A DNA stretch of 64,000 bases from an uncultured Eubacteriales bacterium (GTDB lineage: Bacteria > Bacillota > Clostridia > Christensenellales > CAG-138), in the NCBI GenBank assembly GCA_902802575.1, contig CADCMN010000014.1, positions 3,793 to 67,792 on the forward strand. Direction: 5' to 3'. A model generated the notes under the pieces. It saw nothing but the letters and a program-made list of their open reading frames with translations. It had not been told where the DNA came from and searched no databases. Positions within the stretch are counted from its first letter, which is position 1. Each line of letters opens with the position of its first letter. The position numbers and the translations under genes are program-made. Below, piece by piece: positions 41,636 through 51,261 of this stretch.

Positions 41636-43482
41636 ACCAGATCATCGCCGACAAGCTGAAGCTGTTGCCCGACACCCCCGGCGTCTACAAGATGCTGGAC
41701 GATACGGGAACGGTCATCTACGTGGGCAAGGCCGTCAGCCTGAAGAACCGGGTCAGCCAGTACTTTCAGGCGGGCAAGGACCACACGCCCAAGGTCCGGG
41801 CCATGGTCAGCCACATCGAGGACTTTGAGACCATCGGCGTGAACAACGAGATGGAGGCCCTCTCCCTGGAGAGCAACCTCATCAAGGAGTTCATGCCCAA
41901 ATATAACATCCTGCTGAAGGACGACAAGCACTTTCCCTATGTGCGGATCGACCTGAAGCAGGACTTCCCCCGGGTGGAGGTGGTGCGCCGCATCCGCTCG
42001 GACGGGGCCACCTACCTGGGCCCCTATCTCTCGGCCATCGTCCTTCGGGAGCAGGTGGCCGTCATCCGGGCTCACTTCCCCATCCGACCCTGCCGGAAGG
42101 ACATGGCCCGGGCCATCGCCCGGCGGGAGCGGCCCTGCCTCATGTACCACATCGGCAAATGCTGCGCCCCCTGCTCCGGCCAGGTGAGCCGGGAGACCTA
42201 CCACGAGTACGTGAAGGAGGTCATCTCCTTTTTGGAGGGGCGCACGGAGAAGGTGCTCTCGGACCTGAAGGAACAGATGGAAGCCGCGGCCGCGAACCTG
42301 GAGTTCGAGCGGGCCGCCCGGCTCCGGGACCAGATCCGGTCCATCGAGGGGCTCAACGAGAAGCAGGTGGCCATCTTCCCCAAGGAGGCCGAAGCGGACG
42401 TCTTCGCTCCCGTGAAGCTGGAGGATAAGGCCATGGTGTTCGCCCTGTTCCTCAGGCAGGGGAAGATCGTGGGGACGGAGCATTTCGCCCTGACCGCCGT
42501 CAGCGAGGACGACCCGGCGGACATCCTCTCGGCCTTCCTCCTGCAGTTTTACGACCGGGACGGCATCCTGCCCCCCAGGGAGGTGCTCCTCTCCTGCCCC
42601 GTACCCAACGCCGACGCCGTCGAAGGGATGCTGTCAGGCCGGGCCGGGCGGAAGGTGAAGCTGACCGTGCCCCAGCGGGGCGATAAGAAGAAACTGACGG
42701 AGCTGGCCGAAAAGAACGGCCAAGAGCTTTTGGAGAAGGAGAAAGCCCTGCGGGAGAAGGCCTGGGATCGGGACGAGGGAGCCGCGGTGCAGCTTTCCGG
42801 GCTGTTGGGCCTCGACGAATTCCCCACCCGCATGGAGTGCTTCGACAATTCCCACATCATGGGCACGGACACGGTGTCGTCCATGGTGGTGTTCACCGAC
42901 GGGAAGCCGGACAAAGACGCCTACCGACGGTTCCGCATCCGGGCCGAGGCGGGCGGCGACGATCTTGTCGCCATGGAGGAGGTGCTGACGAGGCGGTTCA
43001 AGAAGGGGCCGCCCTGGCCGGACCTTATCATCATCGACGGCGGCAAGACCCAGCTCCAGGTGGCGGAGAAGGTGCTGAACGAGGCGGGGCTCCCCTACCT
43101 CAACGTGATCGCCCTGGCGGAGAGCCAGGAAGCCATCTACACCCCGGACGGAGACGAGCCCATTTTGCTGCCCCGAAGCAGCCCGGTGCTCCACCTGCTG
43201 CAGCGGATCCGGGACGAAGCCCACCGCTTCGCCATCTCCTACCACCGATCGCTGCACCAGCGCAACGCGCTATTATCGGTACTGGACGGCATTGAGGGCA
43301 TCGGCGACACCCGCAAGCGGGCCCTGTTCGACGCCTTCATCACCCGGGACGCCATCGCCGGCGCCGCGGTGGAAGACTTAGCGAAGGTCAAGGGCATGAG
43401 CCGACCGGCGGCGGAGGCGGTGTACCGCTTCTTCCACCCGGCAGACGATACAAACGATTCAGAAGATAAAAAGGAAGGGTAA
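41632..43482 (+). CDS. uvrC: Excinuclease ABC subunit C
   Basis: GIY-YIG (PGVY..YVGKA..LKNRV), ECFDNSH, IDGGK, RIRDEAHRFAI, HhH. Confidence 0.95.
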   Translation: MNQIIADKLKLLPDTPGVYKMLDDTGTVIYVGKAVSLKNRVSQYFQAGKDHTPKVRAMVSHIEDFETIGVNNEMEALSLESNLIKEFMPKYNILLKDDKHFPYVRIDLKQDFPRVEVVRRIRSDGATYLGPYLSAIVLREQVAVIRAHFPIRPCRKDMARAIARRERPCLMYHIGKCCAPCSGQVSRETYHEYVKEVISFLEGRTEKVLSDLKEQMEAAAANLEFERAARLRDQIRSIEGLNEKQVAIFPKEAEADVFAPVKLEDKAMVFALFLRQGKIVGTEHFALTAVSEDDPADILSAFLLQFYDRDGILPPREVLLSCPVPNADAVEGMLSGRAGRKVKLTVPQRGDKKKLTELAEKNGQELLEKEKALREKAWDRDEGAAVQLSGLLGLDEFPTRMECFDNSHIMGTDTVSSMVVFTDGKPDKDAYRRFRIRAEAGGDDLVAMEEVLTRRFKKGPPWPDLIIIDGGKTQLQVAEKVLNEAGLPYLNVIALAESQEAIYTPDGDEPILLPRSSPVLHLLQRIRDEAHRFAISYHRSLHQRNALLSVLDGIEGIGDTRKRALFDAFITRDAIAGAAVEDLAKVKGMSRPAAEAVYRFFHPADDTNDSEDKKEG

Positions 43483-43485
43483 ACC

Positions 43486-44601
43486 ATGGAAAACAAGGCA
43501 CAGAAACAGATCATCCTCACCGGCGACCGGCCCACGGGGCGGCTCCATCTCGGTCACTTTGTGGGCTCCCTGCGGCGGCGGGTGGAGCTGCAGAACTCCG
43601 GGAAGTTCGACGCCATCAACATCCTCATCGCCGACGACCAGGCTCTGACCGATAATGCGGATAATCCCGGAAAGATCCGGGAGAACATCGTGAACGTGGC
43701 GTTGGACTACCTGTCCTCCGGCCTGGACCCGGATAAGTCCACCATCTGCATCCAGTCCGGGCTTCCGGCTCTCCACGCCCTGACCTTCTACTATATGAAC
43801 CTGGTGACCACCGCCCGGCTCTCCCGGAACCCCACGGTCAAAGCGGAGATGCAGATGCGGGGCTTTGCGGACGAGGGGCTCCCCGCCGGATTCTTCTGCT
43901 ACCCCGTGTCCCAGGCGGCGGACATCACCGCCTTCGACGCCACGGTGGTGCCCGTGGGCGAGGACCAGCTGCCCATGATCGAGCAGACAAGGGAGATCGT
44001 GGAGAAGTTCAACCGGACCTATGGGGAAACGCTGGTCATGCCTCGGGCCATGATCCCGGAAAACGAGACCCAGCGGCGGCTTCCCGGCGTGGACGGCAAG
44101 GCCAAGATGAGCAAATCCCTGGGCAACTGCATCTACCTGTCCGACGACGCCAAGACCGTGAAGAAGCAGGTGAACGGGAAGATGTTCACGGACCCCCAGC
44201 ACCTTCGCATCGAGGACCCGGGCCATCTCGAGGGGAACGTGGTGTTCACATACCTGGACGCCTTCTCCACGGACGACCATTTCAAGGAGTTCCTGCCCCA
44301 GTACGCCAATCTGGACGAGATGAAGGCCCACTACCAGCGGGGCGGTCTCGGCGACGGGACCTGCAAAAAGTTCCTGATCCAGGTTTTGGAGGAGACCCTC
44401 TCCCCCATTCGGGCAGAGCGGGCCAAGTGGGAGGCGGACCTCGGCACGGTCTACGACATCCTGGCGGCGGGCACCGCCAAGGCCCGGGAGACCACCAACG
44501 CCACGCTGGAGCGGGTGCGGGCGGCCATGCGCATCGACTACTTTGCCGACCGGCGCATCGTGAAGGAATGGGAGAAGCAGCTCAAGGCGGCGAAGCTGTA
44601 A
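43486..44601 (+). CDS. trpS: Tryptophan--tRNA ligase
   Basis: [34 protein letters not shown]. Confidence 0.96.
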   Translation: MENKAQKQIILTGDRPTGRLHLGHFVGSLRRRVELQNSGKFDAINILIADDQALTDNADNPGKIRENIVNVALDYLSSGLDPDKSTICIQSGLPALHALTFYYMNLVTTARLSRNPTVKAEMQMRGFADEGLPAGFFCYPVSQAADITAFDATVVPVGEDQLPMIEQTREIVEKFNRTYGETLVMPRAMIPENETQRRLPGVDGKAKMSKSLGNCIYLSDDAKTVKKQVNGKMFTDPQHLRIEDPGHLEGNVVFTYLDAFSTDDHFKEFLPQYANLDEMKAHYQRGGLGDGTCKKFLIQVLEETLSPIRAERAKWEADLGTVYDILAAGTAKARETTNATLERVRAAMRIDYFADRRIVKEWEKQLKAAKL

Positions 44602-44702
44602 GAGCGTCTGCCGCCGGAGGCCGCATGGGGAAAGAGGGCTTTTGAGGCGGCTTGTCAAAAGGGCATCTTGGCGTTCCCGCATCCTCCATTTTCGGAAAGT
44701 AC

Positions 44703-44731
44703 AGCGCAGTTGCTTTCGTCAACTGCGCTTT
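44703..44731 (+). terminator. Hairpin/terminator inside the trpS islet
   Basis: Perfect 10-bp stem AGCGCAGTTG/CAACTGCGCT followed by TT. Confidence 0.55.
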
Positions 44732-44817
44732 GCTTCAACCGGGTCATAAATGATTATGGTCGATCATATGTTTTCTGTTACAATTATTGTCAAAGCAAAG
44801 TTTGAGGAGAAGACGCA

Positions 44818-45305
44818 ATGGAATACCTGTTTGAAACAGAACGCCTGAGAGTACGGAGATTCGAGGCAGAGGACGCCGCGGCGCTGTACAGGATCCACCT
44901 TGATGAGGAAGTCAAAAAGTGGATACCCGATGAGAGCTATTCGGATCTGGAGGAAGCGCTCAAAGCTGCGGCGTTCTACGCCGACCGTGTGGTGCGGCAA
45001 AGGTTGCCGTACGTGCTGGCCGTAGAAACCCGGAGGAAGTGGAAATCGGGTTTGTGATCCGCCAGGAATCCCGGGGAAAAGGATACGCAACCGAAGTGCT
45101 GCAAGCGATGACGGCATACGCGATCAGGACGTTCCATGTCAGCGTCCTATACGGACGTGTCATGAAGGGGAACGACGCTTCTGTCAGAGTCCTCGAAAAG
45201 AGCGGCTACAGCTTTGTCACAGAGGAGATCGGCGCCGAGGACGACCCGTACGGCAACGGTATGCTGGTATACAGATATGCCTGTTCGCCGACCGCCGCAT
45301 CGTGA
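44818..45305 (+). pseudogene. RimJ/RimL-type GNAT acetyltransferase, frameshifted by an apparent internal deletion near 45030
   Basis: N-half (ETERLRVRRF) and C-half (EIGFVI...RGKGYATE, N.ASVRVLEKSGY) are in different frames. The usual 'LIG' beta-strand segment is missing. GAGGAG RBS. Confidence 0.8.
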
Positions 45306-45362
45306 AGGAATGGGCCAAGCAGCTCAAGGCGGCGAAGCTGTAATCCTCAAATATGTATGCAC

Positions 45363-45394
45363 AAACCGGAGGACGAACGCCCTCCGGTTTCTTT
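45363..45394. terminator. Bidirectional terminator (probable original trpS terminator)
   Basis: AAACCGGAGG-N8-CCTCCGGTTTCTTT after the second trpS-end copy. Confidence 0.75.
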
Positions 45395-45407
45395 GCGCGT
45401 CAATGCA

Positions 45408-46985
45408 TCAGAAAATGATTCCTCCGGTGACGGGGTCCAGGATGAACCAGAAGCCCTCCTTCTTCACGATGGAGACGCCGTCGGATGCCAGGCCGATGGA
45501 ATCGAACTCCGGCTCCCGCACGACAACGCCGTTCCAGTCGATCAGGCCGAACCGGTCGCCCTGCTTTACCTTCAGCAGCATGGTCTCATCTCCCAGCAGG
45601 GTGATCCCGTCCCAGGTTGGGCCGAAGACGATCTCCCCGTCCGCTGTCATTAGGCCCCTCGGCCCGCCCTTGGTTTCGCTGAAGCTGAAATGGGTCCCCA
45701 GCCTGGTGATCCCAGGATAGGTCTTGTCGAGCACAGGGACGCCTGTGGCGTCAATGACGGTACAATCCCAGTCATCGCCGTTCTTCTTGCCCACGATGGC
45801 CCGCCCATCCGTGAAGCTGCCGGCGGAATCCCACTGGGCCGGGATGACCATGTTGCCAGTCCTGTCAATATAGCCCTGCTTCCCGTCCTTATGAACGATT
45901 GCCAGGTCCTCGCTGAACATATACAGCCGCTCAAAGGAGAGCGGGATCACCAGTTCGCCCGCTGTGTCAATGGCGCCGTACAGCCCGTCCCGGGAGACGA
46001 TGGCGATGCCGTCCTTGAAACGGCTCGCCGTATCCCAGGCCAGAGGGATCACAACCTTCCCCTCGGTATCCACATACCCCCATTTGAGCACGCCCTTGAC
46101 GTCGTATTTGGCAACGGCGGCCAACCCTTCGCTGAAGTCGCCGGCGTTGTCATAGTTGTTTTTCTCCACGCGGGACCCATCCCGGCGGATGTGATAGAAC
46201 GCTGTCGCCACGTCGGAAGATTGGTTTCCGATAAAGGTGGTGAATTTCATATAGGGGGGATCCACGTTGGCGCCGTTCGTCAGGAACATGGTTTTATTGG
46301 GCTTCTTGCCGATGCCCACCTTGGCGATACCGTCCATGAAGCCGCCCACATAATAGAACTTGTCCTTCGTCAGCAGCTTCCCATCCGCCACCAAATAGTT
46401 GTAGCCTTCATGATCGATGCTCTGATATTTATTGTTTTTGATGGTTGCCCGGTAGATCTCCACCGCTGGGAAGACGTCCCGATCAAAGACGTCATTATAA
46501 TCAACGTACACAGACCCGCTGTCCATGTTGCGGAAGACGGTCTGGCCGTTTTTGTCGATCAGCACATCGTGGACCGCACCCCGTTCGGAATAGGAGGCCA
46601 CCGCAAGTCCGTTCCGGAACAGGCCGGCAAACCTGTATTGGGCGGGGATGACCACCTGCCCGGCGGTGTCGATAAACCCATAGTTGCCGGCAGCGTCCTT
46701 GAACCACGCCAGCCCTTCGCTGAACTTTTCGGCCACCGATCCCTTGGCCGTGCCGCTGGTCCTCACCGTCGGCAGCGGAGACGGCGTTGCCGTGGGCGCC
46801 GGCGTGGGCTCAGGCGTGGGCTCCGGGGTGGGAACGGGCGTGGAGCTGGCGGTGGTCGCCTGGGCTTCCATCTCCGCTTCAGCCTTGAACGTACCCGACG
46901 TATCGGCCTTCCTCTCGCCGGATGCGCAGGCAAACAGCGCGCTGACCATCAGGATCAGCAGCAATATGGATATGGTTTTCTTCAT
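45408..46985 (-). CDS. WG-repeat (KWG) lipoprotein
   Basis: Lipobox LFAC, Pro/Thr-rich linker (TPEP repeats), multiple F.EGLA...(W/Y)G(F/Y)ID..G.VVIP repeats. Confidence 0.88.
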   Translation of the reverse strand: MKKTISILLLILMVSALFACASGERKADTSGTFKAEAEMEAQATTASSTPVPTPEPTPEPTPAPTATPSPLPTVRTSGTAKGSVAEKFSEGLAWFKDAAGNYGFIDTAGQVVIPAQYRFAGLFRNGLAVASYSERGAVHDVLIDKNGQTVFRNMDSGSVYVDYNDVFDRDVFPAVEIYRATIKNNKYQSIDHEGYNYLVADGKLLTKDKFYYVGGFMDGIAKVGIGKKPNKTMFLTNGANVDPPYMKFTTFIGNQSSDVATAFYHIRRDGSRVEKNNYDNAGDFSEGLAAVAKYDVKGVLKWGYVDTEGKVVIPLAWDTASRFKDGIAIVSRDGLYGAIDTAGELVIPLSFERLYMFSEDLAIVHKDGKQGYIDRTGNMVIPAQWDSAGSFTDGRAIVGKKNGDDWDCTVIDATGVPVLDKTYPGITRLGTHFSFSETKGGPRGLMTADGEIVFGPTWDGITLLGDETMLLKVKQGDRFGLIDWNGVVVREPEFDSIGLASDGVSIVKKEGFWFILDPVTGGIIF

Positions 46986-47061
46986 CTCTTCTCTCCCCTT
47001 CCGTTATCTCCCAGAAACAGAAAACAGGAGGGGGTTTCCTCCCTCCTGACAGATAGAGTGC

Positions 47062-49164
47062 TTACTCGTCCTCTTCGTCCTCGATCTTGGCCGCCTCGAT
47101 GATCTTCTTGCCCTTGTCGCCCGGCACGTCCTCGTAGCGGACGAACTCGCTCTTGAAGGAGCCGCGGGCCTGGGTCATGGCCAGCAGGTCGGTGGCGTAC
47201 TTGGTCATTTCCGCGAGAGGCGCTTCGGCCACCACCTCGGTGAGGCCGCCGTCCACGGGGTTCATGCCGAGCATCCGGCCCCGACGACGGTTCAGATCGC
47301 CGATGATGTCGCCCACGTTGTCGTTGGGCACCAGGATGTCATAGCGATAGATGGGCTCGATGAGGGCGGGAGACGCCTTCACGCAGGCCGCCTTATAGGC
47401 AAGACGGGCCGCGGACTTGAAGGCCACTTCCTTGGAATCCACGGGATGGTACTTGCCGAAGAACAGGGTCGCCTTGACGCCGATCATGGGATAGCCGGCC
47501 AGGACGCCGTGCTGCATGGCCTCGCGCAGGCCCTTGCCGTGCTGCATGGCCTCGCGCAGGCCCTTGTCCACGGCGGGGATGAACTCGCGAGGGACCACGC
47601 CGCCCACGATGGCATCCACGAACTCGTAGTCCACGCCTTCGTCGGCGGGCTCGAACTTGATGTTGACCACGCCGAACTGGCCGCTGCCGCCGGTCTGCTT
47701 CTTATGCTTGCCTTCGGCCTCCGCGGTGGAGCGGATGGTCTCACGGTAGGGGATGCGCTGCTCGTTCAGAGTGGCTTCCACGTTGAACTTGTTCTTGAGC
47801 TTGCTGCACACCACGTCGATGTGCTTCTCGCCCAGACCGCACAGGAGCACGTCACCGGTCTCGATGTTCTTCTCGATGGTGATGGTGGGATCCTCCTCAC
47901 GGATGCGGTTGAGGCCGGCGATGACCTTGTCGTCCTCGCCCTTGTTCTTGGCCGCGATGGCCAGCGCGATGCAGGCCTTGGGGAAGTCGATGGGCTCGAC
48001 CTTCACGATGTCGCTCTGCTCACAGAGGGTATCGTTGGTGGCGGTGAACTGGAGCTTGGCCAGGGCGCCGATGTCGCCGGCGTTCAGCTTATCCACGGCG
48101 ATGGCCTTCTTGCCCCGCATGATCACGGGGGCGGTGGGCTTCTCCGCCTTCTCGCTGGTCACGTTGTAGGGCGCCACGTTGATGTCCAGGGTGCCGCGAT
48201 GGACCTTCACGATGGAGTACTTGCCGAACTGGTCGTTGATGGTCTTGGCCACGGTGGCGACCATCTTGCCGTCCCGGGTGAGCTCCACGGCGTTGCCGCC
48301 AAGATCGGTGGCGGCGGGGAGCTTGGCGTCGGCGGCGGAGGGCAGGTAGTGGACGATGTTGTCCAGCAGGGTGAACACGCCGGCGTTATTGAGAGCGGAG
48401 GTGCAGACCACGGGGGTGACCGTGCCTTCCTTCACACCCTTGCTGAGACCGAAGAGGATGTCCTCCTTGGGCAGCTCCATCTCCTCGAAGTACTTCTCCA
48501 TGAGCTCCTCATCCGCCTCGGCAGCGGCCTCGGTCAGCTTCTCATAGAGGGTCTGCGCTTCGTCGCTCAGGTTCCCAGGGATGGCCACTTCCTTCAGGTT
48601 CTTGCCGTCGAACATGTACGCGGTCATGTTGATGATGTCCACGAAGCCCTTGAAGGCGCCGCCCTGCATGATGGGCAGCTGGATGGGGACCACGTTGGGG
48701 CCGAACTTCTCGTTGACCGCAGCCATGACCTTCTCAAAGGAAGCGTTCTCACGGTCCATCTGGTTGATGACCATCATCCGGGGCATGGCCTGGGCCTGGC
48801 ACATGGCCATGGCCTTCTCGGCGCCTACCACGGGGCCGGAGACGGCGCCCACCACGATAAGGGCACTGTCGGCCAGGAACGCGGCGGAAGCCACGTCACC
48901 GTAGAAGTCGTAGCCGCCCGGGGCGTCGATAAAGTTGATCTTGGTGTTCTTCCACTCCACGGGCTCCACGGACATATTGATGGAGCAGCCGCGCTTGGCT
49001 TCTTCGGGATCGAAGTCGGAGACGGTGGTGCCGTTCTCCACCTTGCCGATACGGTCGACGAGGCCGGTATCGAACAAAATGGTCTCTACGAGAGTGGTTT
49101 TTCCTTCGCCGGCATGGCCGAACACGCCCACGTTGCGAATGGATTCAGCGGTATAGTTTTTCAT
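47062..49164 (-). CDS. fusA2: Elongation factor G paralog (EF-G2 type)
   Basis: Full 5-domain EF-G layout (GLGEKHI, PYRETI, HKKQTGGSGQFG, YHPVDS, GDLNRRRG) with divergent G motifs. Confidence 0.9.
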   Translation of the reverse strand: MKNYTAESIRNVGVFGHAGEGKTTLVETILFDTGLVDRIGKVENGTTVSDFDPEEAKRGCSINMSVEPVEWKNTKINFIDAPGGYDFYGDVASAAFLADSALIVVGAVSGPVVGAEKAMAMCQAQAMPRMMVINQMDRENASFEKVMAAVNEKFGPNVVPIQLPIMQGGAFKGFVDIINMTAYMFDGKNLKEVAIPGNLSDEAQTLYEKLTEAAAEADEELMEKYFEEMELPKEDILFGLSKGVKEGTVTPVVCTSALNNAGVFTLLDNIVHYLPSAADAKLPAATDLGGNAVELTRDGKMVATVAKTINDQFGKYSIVKVHRGTLDINVAPYNVTSEKAEKPTAPVIMRGKKAIAVDKLNAGDIGALAKLQFTATNDTLCEQSDIVKVEPIDFPKACIALAIAAKNKGEDDKVIAGLNRIREEDPTITIEKNIETGDVLLCGLGEKHIDVVCSKLKNKFNVEATLNEQRIPYRETIRSTAEAEGKHKKQTGGSGQFGVVNIKFEPADEGVDYEFVDAIVGGVVPREFIPAVDKGLREAMQHGKGLREAMQHGVLAGYPMIGVKATLFFGKYHPVDSKEVAFKSAARLAYKAACVKASPALIEPIYRYDILVPNDNVGDIIGDLNRRRGRMLGMNPVDGGLTEVVAEAPLAEMTKYATDLLAMTQARGSFKSEFVRYEDVPGDKGKKIIEAAKIEDEEDE
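47506..47566. repeat. Perfect 30-bp in-frame tandem duplication in fusA2
   Basis: GCCGTGCTGCATGGCCTCGCGCAGGCCCTT x2, encoding KGLREAMQHG x2. Confidence 0.95.
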
Positions 49165-49286
49165 CCTGTTTCCCCCTGTTGGTTTGTTTCTCTAATGTAT
49201 ATCTTCTGTGGAGAAAGAAATCTCCACGCAAATACCCATTTTAGCTAAAGGGTATAATAACACAGATACAACGTCTTTGTCAAATG

Positions 49287-50549
49287 TTAAACCCGCCAGC
49301 TTTGCAAATATTCCGCCTGTATCGGGGTCAGGGCGTCGAGATGTACCCCCATGGCGGCAAGCTTCTTGCGGGCCACCTGCTCGTCGATGTCCTGCGGCAC
49401 GGCATACAGCTTCTTTTCCAGCCGTTCGTGGTTCCGGGCGATGTGCCGGGCGGACAGGGCCTGGATGGCAAAGCTCATGTCCATGATCTCCGCCGGATGG
49501 CCGTCGCCGGAGGCCAGGTTCACCAGCCGCCCTTCCGCCAGCACATAGACCCAGCGGTCCTTGTCCAGCCGGAACCCCTCGATGTTGGGCTTCATCTCCC
49601 GGCGTTCGAGAGCGTTCTCCCGAAGCCATTTCACATCCACCTCCACGTCGAAGTGGCCGGCGTTGCAGAGGAGGGCGCCGTTCTTCATGTGCGCAAAGTG
49701 CTCTGCGGTGACCACGTCCCTGTCCCCGGTGACGGTGACGAACAGGTCCCCCACCCGGGCCGCTTCCGCCATGGGCATGACCGCGAACCCGTCCATGATG
49801 GCTTCGATGGCCTTCACCGGGTCCACTTCGGTGACGATCACGTGGGCGCCCAGGCCCTTGGCGCGCATGGCCACGCCCTTGCCGCACCAGCCGTAGCCCG
49901 CCACCACGCAGGTCTTTCCGGCCACGATCAGATTGGTGGTCCGGTCGATCCCGTCGAAGACGGACTGACCCGTGCCGTACCGGTTGTCGAAGAGGTGCTT
50001 GCAGTCGGCGTCGTTCACGTCCATCATGGGGAAGGGCAGCACGCCGGCCTTTTCCATGGCCTTGAGGCGGATGACGCCGGTGGTGGTCTCCTCGCAGCCG
50101 CCCAGGATATGGTCCTTCAGCTCCGGATGCCGTTCCATGACGGCGGAGACCAGATCACTGCCGTCGTCGATGAGGATATCCGGCCTGTGGGAGAGGACCC
50201 GGTCGATGTTCTGCGCATATTCCTCGGCGGTGCAGCCATGGAGGGCGTACACGTGCATGGGCGCGCTCTCCCCGTTCCCGTGGGCGAGGGCCGCCGCCAC
50301 GTCGTCCTGGGTGGACAGGGGGTTGCTGCCCGTGACGATCATATTGGCGCCGCCCGCCTGGAGCACCCGGCACAGGTAGGCGGTCTTGGCCTCCAGGTGC
50401 ACCGACAGGCCCACCGTGAGGCCGGCGAAGGGCTGCTCCTTTTCAAAGTCGGCTCGGATGCCGTTCAGCAGCGGCATGTTCCGCCGGACCCATTCGATCT
50501 TGTTCTCCCCCGAGGGATAGAGGGAAATGTCTCGGATAACGCTGTCCAT
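49287..50549 (-). CDS. ahcY: Adenosylhomocysteinase
   Basis: HLEAKTA, SNPLSTQD, DDGSDL, EETTTGV, KHLFDNRYGTGQS, GYGWCGKG, GHFDVE, EGRLVNL. AGGAGG RBS. Confidence 0.95.
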   Translation of the reverse strand: MDSVIRDISLYPSGENKIEWVRRNMPLLNGIRADFEKEQPFAGLTVGLSVHLEAKTAYLCRVLQAGGANMIVTGSNPLSTQDDVAAALAHGNGESAPMHVYALHGCTAEEYAQNIDRVLSHRPDILIDDGSDLVSAVMERHPELKDHILGGCEETTTGVIRLKAMEKAGVLPFPMMDVNDADCKHLFDNRYGTGQSVFDGIDRTTNLIVAGKTCVVAGYGWCGKGVAMRAKGLGAHVIVTEVDPVKAIEAIMDGFAVMPMAEAARVGDLFVTVTGDRDVVTAEHFAHMKNGALLCNAGHFDVEVDVKWLRENALERREMKPNIEGFRLDKDRWVYVLAEGRLVNLASGDGHPAEIMDMSFAIQALSARHIARNHERLEKKLYAVPQDIDEQVARKKLAAMGVHLDALTPIQAEYLQSWRV

Positions 50550-50560
50550 GTGGTTCCTCC

Positions 50561-51214
50561 TTATTGGCAAAAATCCTGAATGATATAGGCGATCCTGTCG
50601 CTGTGGTTGATATAGCTGCCGTGGTCCTCCCCCGGCAGGATCAACATCTCCGCTCCGGGGATGGTCTCGGCGATGAAGCGGGTGTTCCGCTCCCGAATGA
50701 TGTCCCGGCTCCCCGCCACCACCAGCGTCCGGGCTCGGATGGCGCGAAGGTCCTCGGCGGGGATGTGGGGCTCCGTGAGCAAAACGGTGTTGTAGATGTT
50801 GGGGTCCTGTTTGTGCTCCCAGCGGATCTCCATATAGGCCCGGCGCTTCAGGGCGCGCGGGCGGGTGTTGGCCCCGCAGACGATCAGATCCGTGACCCGG
50901 TCCGTCCATGGCGCCGCCAGCAGGGCCACGATGCCCCCGTCGGAGTAGCCGCAGAGGACCGCGTCCCACAGGTCCAGCTCCTCCAGGAACGCCAGCAGAT
51001 CCGAGGCCATGTCCTCATAGTGGAGCTCGTCCACCATGTCGCTGTCCCCGTGACCCCGGCTGTCCAGGGCAAAGCAGGTGAAACGCTCCCCCAGCACCTC
51101 TACAGCTTCGTCGAAGATGGTATGGTCCTCCCCGTTGCCGTGGAGCAGCACCAGAGGCCGCCCCTCCCCGTATTGCTCGTACCAGAGCCGTATGTCGTTC
51201 ACGAAAGCGTCCAT
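50561..51214 (-). CDS. Alpha/beta hydrolase
   Basis: LLHGNGE, DSRGHG, GYSDGG nucleophile elbow, C-terminal His. Confidence 0.9.
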   Translation of the reverse strand: MDAFVNDIRLWYEQYGEGRPLVLLHGNGEDHTIFDEAVEVLGERFTCFALDSRGHGDSDMVDELHYEDMASDLLAFLEELDLWDAVLCGYSDGGIVALLAAPWTDRVTDLIVCGANTRPRALKRRAYMEIRWEHKQDPNIYNTVLLTEPHIPAEDLRAIRARTLVVAGSRDIIRERNTRFIAETIPGAEMLILPGEDHGSYINHSDRIAYIIQDFCQ

Positions 51215-51261
51215 GGCTTCCTCCTAAAAAAGCCGCCCTGCGGCGGCTGAATGTTGCAGCG

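Larger units (their letters stand above)
44542..45343 (+). mobile_element. 742-bp islet bounded by a 60-bp direct repeat of the trpS 3' end
   Basis: 44542-44601 vs 45284-45343 are 56/60 identical. The interior holds a terminator, a promoter and a GNAT gene. No recombinase. Confidence 0.75.

Noticed and set aside
43440-43490. T-box leader for trpS
   Set aside because: trpS starts 3 bp after the uvrC stop; there is no room and no T-box motif.
46770-46845. Short GC-rich tandem repeats in the WG lipoprotein
   Set aside because: They encode an ordinary TPEP/TPAP linker.
47446-49248. 600-aa ORF antisense to fusA2 (likewise 27724-29328, 33461-35044, 6962-8434, 45690-47102)
   Set aside because: Each fully overlaps a well-supported gene on the other strand, as expected for stop-poor antisense frames in GC-rich DNA.
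50550-50560. SAH/SAM riboswitch before ahcY
   Set aside because: Only an 11-bp gap containing the RBS.
49287-50969. Apparent N-terminal extensions in the ORF track (ahcY 560 aa; also guaB, rlmN, rsmB, CbiR-like, btuF)
   Set aside because: Upstream in-frame starts overlap neighbouring genes. RBS position or translational coupling supports the shorter starts reported.
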